From a virus, in the IMG/VR virus record IMGVR_UViG_3300025941_000016, positions 35,987-99,986 of that record: a DNA stretch of 64,000 bases. One strand, 5' to 3'. This document shows, in pieces, positions 10,601-19,490 of this stretch. A model generated the notes under the pieces. That model was not told the DNA's origin. It did no database searches and worked only from the letters and a program-made list of their open reading frames with translations. The number at the start of each line of letters is the position of its first letter. Within the stretch, counting starts at the first letter, position 1. The position numbers were made by a program, and so were the translations under genes.

Positions 10601-10922
10601 CCTGGGCGTCGAGAGCGGCCTTCCACTCGATCGTGCCTACGGTGGCCGCCCGAGTCTGGGCAACCTGCATCGCCAGCGCGTTGCGGTCTGCGGCAACAGC
10701 CTGCTTCGCCCATTCGGCATCCCAGGCCGCACCCCATTTGGCTGCACCCTCAGCCCCGGACAGGGCCATCGCGTCGTCGGCAGCTTTGACCGCGGCGGCG
10801 CTCCGTTCCGCCATCTCCCCGACGGCGACGCCGGCTTCCTTCATGGAGGCGGCGAACTCGGCCGCATTCGCGACGAGTTCGATCATCACCGGGGGGAGAA
10901 GACCCTTGAGGGCGGAGGCCAC
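7665..10922 (-). CDS. Tail tape measure protein
   Basis: Likely start is GTG 10922 after GGGAGG. Ala-rich helical core (KMAADFDKEM...GAAAGTAM), a hydrophobic segment and Trp-spaced repeats. Confidence 0.93.
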   Translation of the reverse strand: MASALKGLLPPVMIELVANAAEFAASMKEAGVAVGEMAERSAAAVKAADDAMALSGAEGAAKWGAAWDAEWAKQAVAADRNALAMQVAQTRAATVGTIEWKAALDAQVAAQAAADAKIAASREKAVAAMGKAVTAFGKASAVAFIAVGAESVKMAADFDKEMVKLNSQLGMTMPQVNALKGQVLALAGKIGQDPDSLAEALLHVEAATKSMGSSAPKAMDVLTIAGKAAAVSGANLVDVTNALDAAMVSGLPGMENLSKAAGQLVAAVGEGDMSMQDMSDAFGKGNVAIWKNYGLSITDVTASLALFGDMNLRGAAAGTAMTNTMKYLLHPAATAPKYFNEMGLSVDKLSKDITTGGLPKAIGDIKMSLDKLYGSGKEADLKKQIALTSMFGTKGGNSISDMIGAYGVYTEKVKAAGSATGDINKAFASTQANSFSQQLKQLEMSAKALMIQLGNWLIPKLEAIAKFFASHQNLTKGIVIAFAALMALSVAMWIYGVIEAVVALGIALVGAEVAAAPITAIVILIVAALALLGFAIYELVKHWSTVWGAMKTAALAVWDALKIAWSATIGALVTAWRAVSGFFVAGWNGMIGGLKAAWGGIVTAWRAVGSALSTAWRATISFLSAVARPFVSAFRATVGGVETAWRAVTGALTTAARVTWGAIRTAALATWHFLEPILKAIAKAINLLLLPIRLQILAWEIAYRAIGKAVLWFWHNVLEPFGKGVASVVTGTIGTAIRWLETAWRTVWNALGTAVNWVWNSVLLPAFHAIASGVETFIIGNLRLAQAIWNGIWSALGTAVSFVWNSVLLPTFHAIATAFDAVIGFGLRLLQATWNAVWGAIQTALSAIWNGFLSPTFHAIASAFDAVIGFGLRALQTTWNTIWGAIHTAVSTVWTSFLSPTFNAIGGALDTAIGAALRALKITWDTIWGGIKTTVTTIWGVLKPIFDSIGHAISTITGGIGGVAKAVGGFVGTLNKIAPFAEGGSPPVGQAVLVGERGPELAVFGAPAYIHPANETKSILAGGKASGGWVGMQPSGGGGGITINLTVQASDVVIDGQKVFKSTQKQSLRYNRRNPSNGLARIAGV

Positions 10923-10941
10923 GGCGGACCTCCCGAGAACG

Positions 10942-11367
10942 TCAGAACAAAGTCCGCCGGATCGCCGCCAGCGCGGCTGTCTGCATTTCGCCGTACGCCG
11001 TGCTGTAAGCCGGCTGCACGTAAGGCCGAGGTGGCAGTGTTGTGCGATGGTGCCGACCGGTGGCCCCACCCAGTTCCTGGATGCGGGCGTAGACGACTGA
11101 CGGGCCGACGGCGACATAGCCGGGGCGGGTTTCGACCATCACGGAGCGGCGAAGGGTGCCGCTGATGACCGCTGGTGGCGCGCCGGGCGGGGACGGGGTG
11201 GGTGTGCCTCTGCGATGGGAGTAGACCGACAGCTGCCGTTTGATCGACGCCTCGGCGACCGCCGCGCCAGCCTTCGCGCCTGCCATCGCGGCAAGGTCAG
11301 CCTTGGCGCCGAGCGCGTTCAGTCCGGCGAGCAACGCCTCCACGTCGACCCGGAGGGCCATCACCAT
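10942..11367 (-). CDS. HK97 gp10-like neck/tail-completion protein
   Basis: Motifs PPAVISGTLRRS, VYARIQELGG and LPPRPYVQPA. Confidence 0.8.
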   Translation of the reverse strand: MVMALRVDVEALLAGLNALGAKADLAAMAGAKAGAAVAEASIKRQLSVYSHRRGTPTPSPPGAPPAVISGTLRRSVMVETRPGYVAVGPSVVYARIQELGGATGRHHRTTLPPRPYVQPAYSTAYGEMQTAALAAIRRTLF

Positions 11368-11640
11368 CAGCGCGACCTCGCGTCCATCTCGGCGCGGCGC
11401 ACATCCCGGTCGTGTTTACGCTGCCGGCCCTCGTCGATCGCTCGCATCATCAGCGGCCAGTCGTCGACCAGCGGCAGCGGCAACGCGTCAACCTGGTCGG
11501 GTGTCCAATGCCACCGTTCCGCGTACCAGGAGTAGAGCTGGGCGTCGTCGATCCAGTCGGGTAGCGGCGCTTGGTTGGGTCGGAGTTCTTCGCCCTCGGC
11601 GAGTTGGCTCAGTCGCGCGAGGGCACGGAAGGGGACTGGG
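11367..11640 (-). CDS. Tail assembly chaperone C-terminal (gpT-like) extension, probably reached by a -1 frameshift
   Basis: Motif ERWHWTPDQVDALPL lies in the -1 frame overlapping the end of 11609..12046 and has no convincing start of its own. The 5' boundary is approximate. Confidence 0.65.
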
Positions 11641-12046
11641 GGTCTGTGCTGGGCTTGGTGTCCCGCCGTCCGTTGATCTTGTCGAGGACGGGCTTCAGCT
11701 CGTCTTCCAGGACGTCGATGATGTCCAGGTCGATGGCAGCAAGCGCCTCGTCGTCGAGATCGAGGGGGATCGGAACCGGCTCGCCGCTCTCCGGGTCCTT
11801 CAGCGACCAGGCGACGACCCAATGCCGGAGCAACGCATCGAACGACGCGACCGACGCCGCCCCGACATTGGTGACCTTGCCGTCATCGTCGAGTTCCACA
11901 ACGCTGAACGAGGCGACCCGCAGATCATCCCGGTCGCCCTTCGTGACCCGCTTGGGGTTGCGGATCTCGGCCCACTGGCCGGTGCCGTAGTCCTCGGTGG
12001 CTGGCAGGTCGACGCGCACGGTCTGCGCGCGAGGGTTGTTGGACAA
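11609..12046 (-). CDS. Tail assembly chaperone (gpG-like)
   Basis: Acidic protein with LLRHWVVAWSL...PVPIP, located between tail tube and tape measure genes. Confidence 0.75.
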   Translation of the reverse strand: MSNNPRAQTVRVDLPATEDYGTGQWAEIRNPKRVTKGDRDDLRVASFSVVELDDDGKVTNVGAASVASFDALLRHWVVAWSLKDPESGEPVPIPLDLDDEALAAIDLDIIDVLEDELKPVLDKINGRRDTKPSTDPQSPSVPSRD

Positions 12047-12123
12047 GGGAGTCTCCTGCGGTCTGCGCGGTCGAGCCCACCCCCGGTGCGACCGCCTGCA
12101 CCGGGGGTGGGAGAACGGGGGAT

Positions 12124-13347
12124 CTACTGGAAAGTCGAACTGGAGATCGCCGATTTGGTGACGATCGTGCAGGCCCCGAAGCCGCCGGAGGCGCCCACGT
12201 TGGTCGTGTTCCCGATCGCCGAAAAGTCGGTTTCGACGGTCGTGTAGTCCTGGCCGCGGCCGACCTTCGCACCCCGATAGGACACCGACTGCATGGCAAT
12301 GTCGATGCCTACCAGCGACGCCCCGCTACCGGCTTCGAAGTTGACCGTCAGGGCCGGGTTGGTGGCGTTCAGATAGCGAAGGAACTCGGTTTCGTCCGCG
12401 GCGATGAACGTCAACTTGCCAGTGGCGGCGAGCGGCCCGAGCCACACGGCATAGGGGCCCTGAACGCCGTCAACGGTGTTCAGCACCTTCACGTCGCGTT
12501 TGAGCTGCAACTCGCCGGACTGGACGTAGAGAACCGGGCTGCCGCCGATCGACGTCACACCCCGCCACGCGGGAAGCGGCGGACTGATACCCGACCACGA
12601 CGAGGTCGGCTTGGGGATGACACCGGACGGCCAGCCGGTGAGCTTCGCCGACCAAGTCAGCAGAGCTTCCGACGACCAGGTGATCGTCAGTTCGGATACG
12701 ACGCTTCCCGGGTAGGCGCGGGCCTTGTTCGACGAGGCACCGGTCAGACCAGAGAAGTCCGCGATGGTCAGCGATTCGGGCTGGCCGCCGCCGTACACAC
12801 CAATGTTGTTCTTGATGTTGAAGGTGTGGCTGTACGGGGCCGACCCTCCGGTGACGGCATAGTCGCCGAGCAGGGCGCCGAGAAAATAGCCGATGCTCTC
12901 CGGGTACACGTCACCGGAGGTGCTGTACTCCGAATGGATTACACCGGGAATCGCCCCGAACAGGCCCACCTCGGAGCCGCGGTAGCCCATGTCCTCAAGA
13001 ATGGTCAAGTTGTCGACGGGTTCAAACGTCTTGACCGGGATGTACGCGGTCGGGGCGGCGTTCGCGGCGGTGACGACGACAAGGTTACCGGCGCTGTGCG
13101 CTGCGGCGGTCGCCGCGCAGGTCACCGTGGTCCCCGACACCGACGTGTAGGCGACCGTCTCAACGGTTGTGCCACCAGACGTCGGATCGTAGATGGTGAG
13201 GTTGCCGGAGTTCGGCCAGTTGGTGGTGTCCGAAACCGACAGGGACGTCGCCGACTGGTTCGCGCTCGCGGTCAGGAACGCCCGGTACTTGTCGAGGGAC
13301 ACGCCTAGGTAGGAGAGATTGGTTGCCTGTGCCGGAGCCGCGCTCAC
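12124..13347 (-). CDS. Major tail tube protein with an extra N-terminal domain
   Basis: Tube-type motifs (LEDMGYRGS, YSHTF, SLTIADF, YPGSVVSELTI); lies upstream of the chaperones. Confidence 0.85.
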   Translation of the reverse strand: MSAAPAQATNLSYLGVSLDKYRAFLTASANQSATSLSVSDTTNWPNSGNLTIYDPTSGGTTVETVAYTSVSGTTVTCAATAAAHSAGNLVVVTAANAAPTAYIPVKTFEPVDNLTILEDMGYRGSEVGLFGAIPGVIHSEYSTSGDVYPESIGYFLGALLGDYAVTGGSAPYSHTFNIKNNIGVYGGGQPESLTIADFSGLTGASSNKARAYPGSVVSELTITWSSEALLTWSAKLTGWPSGVIPKPTSSWSGISPPLPAWRGVTSIGGSPVLYVQSGELQLKRDVKVLNTVDGVQGPYAVWLGPLAATGKLTFIAADETEFLRYLNATNPALTVNFEAGSGASLVGIDIAMQSVSYRGAKVGRGQDYTTVETDFSAIGNTTNVGASGGFGACTIVTKSAISSSTFQ

Positions 13348-13529
13348 TTCCCACCGCCTTTCTTGGGCGTCGAGGCCGGCTCGACGGCGATGGGAGAGGT
13401 ATCGGGCGCCGACCAGTGGGGGTCGGGTGGTTCGGGCCAGTCGGCTATCTCGCCGGGCTGAAACCAGCTACCCCGGTCGGAGTAGTAGCGGGCCTGCCCA
13501 TCGGCCGGGGCGAACGTGAATGCGGGCAT
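13344..13529 (-). CDS. Small virion-associated hypothetical protein
   Basis: 61 aa with a GTGA overlap into the tail tube gene. Confidence 0.55.
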   Translation of the reverse strand: MPAFTFAPADGQARYYSDRGSWFQPGEIADWPEPPDPHWSAPDTSPIAVEPASTPKKGGGK

Positions 13530-13559
13530 GCGAAAACCCCCAGCCGAAAGGCGGGTAGA

Positions 13560-14102
13560 CTATGAAATGATGAATTCGGTGACGGTCGTGATGACGGCGA
13601 CTTCAACGTGAAGCCGGTTGTCTTTCAGTTCCGGCTCGCCCGGGTTGATTTCAATGTCTTCGCCGGCCTGCCAGATGACGCCGAAGTCTCGACCACCGGT
13701 TCCCCAGGTGCGGTCTGCGCGCGCTCGTTCGGCGAGTGCGTCGAGGAATGCGTCGAAGTCATCGATCGCGTCCTCAACACGCGGCTGCCGGGACCGGAAG
13801 TAGGTTTCGAGGTAGACCGTGCGGTCGATCCGCTTTTCGCCGGCTGGCGTGATGCCGTTGGTGCCGCCTCCGCCGATCGACTCTCGCTTCTCCAGGTGGT
13901 TGACGAGGTGAACCGTGCAGACAGCGCCGGAAACCTGGCCGGGCAGGGGGCAATAGTCGTCGTCCTGTGCCTCGCGCGGGCCGCTGGTCCAAAGGGTGCC
14001 CAAGAACTTGACGGGGCCATCGCGGTACATCGACGGTCGGGAGGGTTGCGGTCTTCCCCCGAACCAGGCTGCGGTGGCGGCGCGGATTGTGGCCCGAGAC
14101 AT
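13560..14102 (-). CDS. Tail terminator/completion protein (putative)
   Basis: Position in the module, plus a DDFDAFLDAL...RADRTWG motif. Confidence 0.6.
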   Translation of the reverse strand: MSRATIRAATAAWFGGRPQPSRPSMYRDGPVKFLGTLWTSGPREAQDDDYCPLPGQVSGAVCTVHLVNHLEKRESIGGGGTNGITPAGEKRIDRTVYLETYFRSRQPRVEDAIDDFDAFLDALAERARADRTWGTGGRDFGVIWQAGEDIEINPGEPELKDNRLHVEVAVITTVTEFIIS

Positions 14103-14120
14103 GACGCCTCCGGGCTGGGT

Positions 14121-15281
14121 TCAGACTGCGATCCGCTTGTACCGGTCGAGGATCATCCGTGCGGCTTTTTGGAAGACGTCCATGTCGGTGCCCACCGACT
14201 TGTCTACCGACGGCGCCCCGGTGTCCGACGACCGGCGGATGAGCACCACGGCCATCTGGCCGACCGCGGTCTTGATGTCTTCGGGCATCGCGCCGATGGA
14301 GGTACCTGCCGGGTGGGCGTAGGCCGCCGTGCCGACGAGGGGAAGGGTTGCCGGGCCGGTTGTCGGGGTCCACGAGGTGGCGACGCTGACAGCTTCTTCC
14401 GAGCCTGGGTGGTGGATGTTGAGCGTCTGGCCGGGTTGGATGCCGGTCGCGTCCTGGACTGTCAGCGTTGCGGCGGCAGCAGCGGTGGCCGTGGTCAGGA
14501 TGCTGATCGGGAAGCCGGCGACGTAGTCGTAATCAACCCACATCCGCTGGCCCGGTGGAGGTCCGCCGAACTGCAACGGTACCGTTCCACCGCCGCCCGT
14601 GAACGGGACGACGATCAGCCCATCCGCGGGCCAGTAGACGGCCGGGGTGGAGTCAGTCATCTGCCCAGGGCTGCCGTAGGCCAACCTGGACAGCGACACT
14701 GCGGGTACGGCGCCGGAGGTGTGCCGGGGCGACAGGGTGATGGTGCCGTCGCCCGCGACCCGCACCGACTGCCGCTCCGACAGCACTCGGTGCGCGCCGA
14801 GTTGCACAGCGCAGTAGTTGTCGCACCATCTGGACGCCCTCAACAAAATGTTGCCCAGCTCGGCATCGTTCGCCGCCAGCGACCCGTTGGCAATCAGGTC
14901 GTCGACGTTGGTGCCGGTCGGCATCGCGCGGAATTCGGCGATCGTCACATAGCTGCCGGGCCAGCCGAACACCTGCCCGGCATCGGCGAACGCCCCGGTG
15001 GTGGAGGCTGTGAACTCGCCGTCCAGCCCGCCGTTGGGTGCGGTCGCCCGAAACCAGTAGGCATACCGCCCCGGCAGCGTCGGGGTGTAGACGTATTCGT
15101 AGGAGCCGACGCCGAGCCGGGTCAGATCGGCGATCGTGAACGAGGCCGTCGAACCATCGGGCAAACGGATCGTCAGGGTCAGCGTCTCCGGATCGACCGG
15201 CGTACCGCTGACCGGGTCGACGAGCTGCACAGGCAGCCGGATCGCCTGACCTGCCGGATAGGGAGTCGTCGACATCGACAC
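14121..15281 (-). CDS. Head-tail adaptor with an N-terminal Ig-like domain
   Basis: Adaptor motifs YVTIAEF, LLRASRWCDNYC, YVAGF, PEDIKTAV, ILDRYKR. The first ~100 aa are Ig-like (LTLTIRLPDG, GSYEYVYTPTLPGRY). Confidence 0.75.
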   Translation of the reverse strand: MSMSTTPYPAGQAIRLPVQLVDPVSGTPVDPETLTLTIRLPDGSTASFTIADLTRLGVGSYEYVYTPTLPGRYAYWFRATAPNGGLDGEFTASTTGAFADAGQVFGWPGSYVTIAEFRAMPTGTNVDDLIANGSLAANDAELGNILLRASRWCDNYCAVQLGAHRVLSERQSVRVAGDGTITLSPRHTSGAVPAVSLSRLAYGSPGQMTDSTPAVYWPADGLIVVPFTGGGGTVPLQFGGPPPGQRMWVDYDYVAGFPISILTTATAAAAATLTVQDATGIQPGQTLNIHHPGSEEAVSVATSWTPTTGPATLPLVGTAAYAHPAGTSIGAMPEDIKTAVGQMAVVLIRRSSDTGAPSVDKSVGTDMDVFQKAARMILDRYKRIAV

Positions 15282-15294
15282 CCCCCAAGGAAAG

Positions 15295-17910
15295 TCAGAT
15301 CATTGGAGCCCCAGTGAGGACAACCGCGGGTTCGTCGTCGCCAGCCGGCGCCGTCGCCGGACTTGGGGTGCCGGTGAGGATCGCCCCGCCAGCCGTCCCG
15401 CCGTAGGAGCCGCCGCCGTAGCCGACATCCCCGTAGCCGACCGCATCACCCGGCCCGGCGCTGTCGTCGAGGCCGGTGAGGATCGCGGTCACGATCCGGG
15501 CGAGCGCGTCGGAGTCATCGAGCACGACCGTGTCGACGCCGCCGTTGACCGCCGCGTCGATGTGCGCCTGGTCGACTGCCCGTGAGGATTCGGAGGCGGT
15601 AGCCGTGGCCGACATCGGGCCGACAGTGTCGGCGCCTGTAACCCCGTCGACGCCGAACGCGGTGACGGCGAGTCCGGTCTGGTCGGCCGCAGAACCAGCG
15701 TCCGTGCTGGCCATGCCGATTGTCGGGGCCTGCTCGCCGACGGCGGCCTGGTCGAGTCCGGTGACGTTGGCGGACAGCGATCCGATCGCCTCAGCCAGCC
15801 CACCTTGGTCGGGTGTGGCCGCGGTGACCCCGATCGTGACTGCCACACCGCCGTAGGGGTCGACACCGTAGCCGGCCTCGCCGTAGCCGTCGCCGGCCAT
15901 CAGCGCGGACACGGTGTCAACGTCGGCGACCTGTGCAGACAGGGCTGTGAGGGTGTCGATGGCGACATGGTTATCACGCGAGGTCAGCGTGACCTGCGGG
16001 GCACCCTCAGCGACCGAAGCTGTATCTGTGTCGGACAGGCCGACGAGCGCCACCTCGGCTACCGCACCGCTGTCACTGGCGGTCAGGCTGGCTGCGACTA
16101 CCGGGGTTTCGCCCGCAGTCGCCCCATCCCCCCCGGCCACCGTGGCATTCAGCGACACCACCGAGTCGGCCCCGGTGATGCTGTCCATGCCGAACACAGT
16201 TGGGGACAGAACAGTCGCATCGGCGGCGGTAGCACTGTCCGAGCTGACCAGCAGGTAGGTCAGCGCACTACTGTCCGCCGCCGTGGCCGCATCAACACCG
16301 GCAACGCCGATGGTCGGTGTCGCCTCGACGAACACCGCCGTGTCCGAGCTGGACACCGACGGGGCGAGTGCCGCGCCGTCGATGGCCGTGATGCCATCAA
16401 CGGCGGCCAGTGAGATGAGGGGAACATCGCCGCCGTAGGAGCCGCCGCCGTAGCCGACATCCCCGTAGCCATCGCCGGACCCGGTCGCGGCGACCACATC
16501 AACATCGGCAACCGAGGCGGTCAACGAAACCAGCACATCGGTTGCGGTGACCGTGTCGCTGTCCGATTTGACAACTACGGTGGCCGTCGTTTCGGAGGCG
16601 GTCGCACTATCCGAACTCGTAGCCGTGGCGGTAACCGTTGCCAGGTCGACCGCGGTGCTGCTGTCCGTATCGCCCAGCGCGGCCGTGATGGCCGCAGCGT
16701 CGGTAGCTGTCACCGTGTCTGTCGACGTCGGGCCGACGACAGGGATGCTTCCCGTGTCGGCGGCGCTGCCGGCGTCCACCGAGGTCAGCGAGGCGGCGAC
16801 CTGGCCAACATCAGCCAACGTCGCGGAATCGACAGGACCAGTCAGGGAGATCGCCGGGCCAGCCTCGCCGAACGTCGCCAAGTCGACGATCGAGGTCAGG
16901 CTGATCGCCAGTGCGGCCCCGTCGGCGAGGCTGGCCGTGTCCGAACCGGTGAACGTGGCGGTGAGCGCTGTCAGGTCCGCCGCGGAGGCCGCATCCGACC
17001 CGGCCACAGACGCCAACAGGGCGGTGACATCGGCAGCCGTAGCGGTGTCCGCCGAGGACAACACGGTGGTGATGCCCGCGGTTTCAGTACCAGTCGCAGT
17101 GTCCGCCGCCGCCGGAGTGACAGCGATCGAGACGGGGCTTCCTATCCCGCCGCCGTAGCCACCCTCGCCGTACAGGCCCGCCCCGTAGCCACCCGAGCTG
17201 GCGTCCATCTGCGCCGTATCCGACGCGGTCACCGTCGCCGTGATGCTGGCGGTCGCTGTGGCGGTCGCACTGTCCGAGGCGAGCAGCGTGACCGTCGCCG
17301 TCTCGGAGGCAGTACCACTGTCCGTCGACGTTTTGGCAACAAGCGCCTGGACTGCGGACGCCACGGTAAACGGCGTAGCGAACACGACGTCGCCGGACGA
17401 GTTGTACGTGTCCAACCCGGCCCGGTTGCCGCCGGTGATCGACGAGTCCGAACCCGACCAGATCGCCGACCCGTTCAGATCAACCTCAAGGGCGGTGCCA
17501 TACACCGAAAGAGTGATCGTGCAGGGAAACGACGGTGCGGTGAACGCGACCGACGTCAACACGCTGACCGTGCCGGACACGCATTTCAACACATACATGG
17601 TGCCCGTGTCGAAATGAAAATCAGCCGCGTAGAAGCTCTGCGACGACAGCAGGGTTCCACTGTTCGACATGCGGGCCGCGACCCCGGCGCTGCGGCCCGA
17701 CGGGGCAGCGTTGACCGTGGCCGTGACCGCCATGTCCGCTGACGGCACCGACGTGTTGTCACACCGGGCGTAGGCCACCGCGCTGCCCAGCGTCACCGTC
17801 GCAGTGTTACTGCCAGCATTAACCCAGTTGCCGGTGATCTCCGTCCACGACTGGTCGCCACCAAACGCCGGGCTCGCCGACGGAAACGTCTCGGTGTAGT
17901 AGGTGGTCAC
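15295..17910 (-). CDS. Long acidic Ala/Thr/Ser/Asp repeat fibre or scaffold with a lectin-like N-domain and four YG motifs
   Basis: 871 aa with roughly 15-aa D-x4-5-D/E repeats and four GYGx2-3YGx3YGG motifs. Confidence 0.7.
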   Translation of the reverse strand: MTTYYTETFPSASPAFGGDQSWTEITGNWVNAGSNTATVTLGSAVAYARCDNTSVPSADMAVTATVNAAPSGRSAGVAARMSNSGTLLSSQSFYAADFHFDTGTMYVLKCVSGTVSVLTSVAFTAPSFPCTITLSVYGTALEVDLNGSAIWSGSDSSITGGNRAGLDTYNSSGDVVFATPFTVASAVQALVAKTSTDSGTASETATVTLLASDSATATATASITATVTASDTAQMDASSGGYGAGLYGEGGYGGGIGSPVSIAVTPAAADTATGTETAGITTVLSSADTATAADVTALLASVAGSDAASAADLTALTATFTGSDTASLADGAALAISLTSIVDLATFGEAGPAISLTGPVDSATLADVGQVAASLTSVDAGSAADTGSIPVVGPTSTDTVTATDAAAITAALGDTDSSTAVDLATVTATATSSDSATASETTATVVVKSDSDTVTATDVLVSLTASVADVDVVAATGSGDGYGDVGYGGGSYGGDVPLISLAAVDGITAIDGAALAPSVSSSDTAVFVEATPTIGVAGVDAATAADSSALTYLLVSSDSATAADATVLSPTVFGMDSITGADSVVSLNATVAGGDGATAGETPVVAASLTASDSGAVAEVALVGLSDTDTASVAEGAPQVTLTSRDNHVAIDTLTALSAQVADVDTVSALMAGDGYGEAGYGVDPYGGVAVTIGVTAATPDQGGLAEAIGSLSANVTGLDQAAVGEQAPTIGMASTDAGSAADQTGLAVTAFGVDGVTGADTVGPMSATATASESSRAVDQAHIDAAVNGGVDTVVLDDSDALARIVTAILTGLDDSAGPGDAVGYGDVGYGGGSYGGTAGGAILTGTPSPATAPAGDDEPAVVLTGAPMI
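15398..16470. repeat. 41-bp perfect direct repeat at 15398-15438 and 16430-16470
   Basis: ccgccgtaggagccgccgccgtagccgacatccccgtagcc occurs twice and encodes GYGDVGYGGGSYGG. Confidence 0.9.
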
Positions 17911-17942
17911 CGACGCCCCCGCTCACCATCACCGTCCGCCGT

Positions 17943-19490
17943 TTAGATCGCCTGCCAAGAGGTCCCATCCCAGACGAACGTGATACCGGTGGTCGCAGAG
18001 GCGGTAGTCGAAAACGACTTGCCGTTCAGCTTGAACACGCCGTTCAGAGTGATCGTCCGGCCGCCGGTACCGTCCTGGGTGAAAATCAGCGTCAGTTTCA
18101 TGCCGACCACCAGAAAAATGCCGGCGCCCGTGTTCGTGCCGCTCAGGGCGGGGGCGCCGACCGTCGTGTTCCCGGTCAACGTCATCGCGAACGTGTCACC
18201 CAAGAACGGGTCCGGTGTCCACGACGAGTTGTAGGAGAGGGCGTTGAATCCGCCGCCCATCGCCCCCAGTTGCACCCGATTTGACCCGATGACACTCGAC
18301 GCCAACAATGGCGGCATGTTCGTGCCGTCGTTCAGCGAGCCGTGGAACTCCAGCTCAACCCGGTTCGAGGCCGCCGACGAGGTGATGTTCAACCCGGCGG
18401 CTTGATGGTTCAAGTTCGCCGACCGATCCCAGGTCAGACCGGTGACGATGCATTTACTCGCCGAGCCCAGATCAATGCCCGCGTAGGAGCCGACCGGCGT
18501 TCCGGAGGAAGTGCCGTCCGACGTCCCGTTGTGACTGTTGCTGTCCGCCTCGATACCAACAAGCGTCTGTCTGCCGCCGCGTATGTAGAAACCGGCCCTC
18601 GCACTGTCTTGGGCGCAGCAGCCCGTGGTTTCGCCGCCGTTGAAGTTTCCAGCCGCAGAGCTGCCACCGATGTTGTAGTACAAGAACCCGTTGCCGAACC
18701 CATTGGCCAGGCTGTAGGTCAGACCGCCGGTGATGTTGCCGCCGTCCCACGAGTTGGCAGGAGCGGAAACGCTCACCGCCGTACTCGACCCGAAACGGTT
18801 CGTCATCAGCGAGTAGCCCGAATACCACGCCTTGCAATTGGCCAACATGTTGTTGCCCTGGATCAGGAATCCGTCCAACCCGCAGGCGCCGGCATCGCAG
18901 TTGGTGTACATGGAGTCGATCGCCAGGTTGAATCCAAAGCCATTACAGGTCCATACCTGGATGTTCGCGCCCTGGACAACCCCGCGCCCCGTCTGCACAA
19001 AGCCGTCGCCCGAGAAGTTCTGTATCAGCACGTTGCTGACCTGATGCCGGGCGTCGGTGTACTCAAAGCTGCCCGACGGCGTTGAGTTCTGGAACACGAT
19101 GCCGCAGTTCCAGTTGCTGCCGGAAACGGAGCCCTTGTTGCCCTCCAAGCGCATCTTGTGAACACCACAGGCCTGCGCATCGTTGACGCCCGAGTAGTTC
19201 TGGACGTTCATGATCAGGTTTTCGAGGGTGGTCGCCGACGCCCGCAACGTCAACTGGGTGGCGAGCCCAACACCCTCCAGAGTGACCCGTTCCGGCAGGT
19301 TGATCTGGCCGGTGATGTAGTTCCCCGCCGGGAAAAACACGGTCCCCGACTGGGCGTAGATCGACACCGGAGCGACCGACGCAACCGCAGCGGCAATCGC
19401 ATTCGTATCGTCGGTGCTGCCGTCACCCTTGGCGCCGAAGTCCTTGACGTTGACGTAGATTCCACGCGGGGGGTAGAAGACGTCGCTCAC
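17943..19490 (-). CDS. Pectate-lyase-3/GH28-like beta-helix spike protein
   Basis: Signature VNVKDFGAKGDGSTDDTNAIAAA...VFFPAGNY; C-terminal LIFTQDGTGGRTIT domain. Confidence 0.85.
   Translation of the reverse strand: MSDVFYPPRGIYVNVKDFGAKGDGSTDDTNAIAAAVASVAPVSIYAQSGTVFFPAGNYITGQINLPERVTLEGVGLATQLTLRASATTLENLIMNVQNYSGVNDAQACGVHKMRLEGNKGSVSGSNWNCGIVFQNSTPSGSFEYTDARHQVSNVLIQNFSGDGFVQTGRGVVQGANIQVWTCNGFGFNLAIDSMYTNCDAGACGLDGFLIQGNNMLANCKAWYSGYSLMTNRFGSSTAVSVSAPANSWDGGNITGGLTYSLANGFGNGFLYYNIGGSSAAGNFNGGETTGCCAQDSARAGFYIRGGRQTLVGIEADSNSHNGTSDGTSSGTPVGSYAGIDLGSASKCIVTGLTWDRSANLNHQAAGLNITSSAASNRVELEFHGSLNDGTNMPPLLASSVIGSNRVQLGAMGGGFNALSYNSSWTPDPFLGDTFAMTLTGNTTVGAPALSGTNTGAGIFLVVGMKLTLIFTQDGTGGRTITLNGVFKLNGKSFSTTASATTGITFVWDGTSWQAI

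Noticed and set aside
10923-11117. Extended N-terminus of the tape measure ORF
   Set aside because: It overlaps the gp10-like gene, and GTG 10922 has a good RBS.
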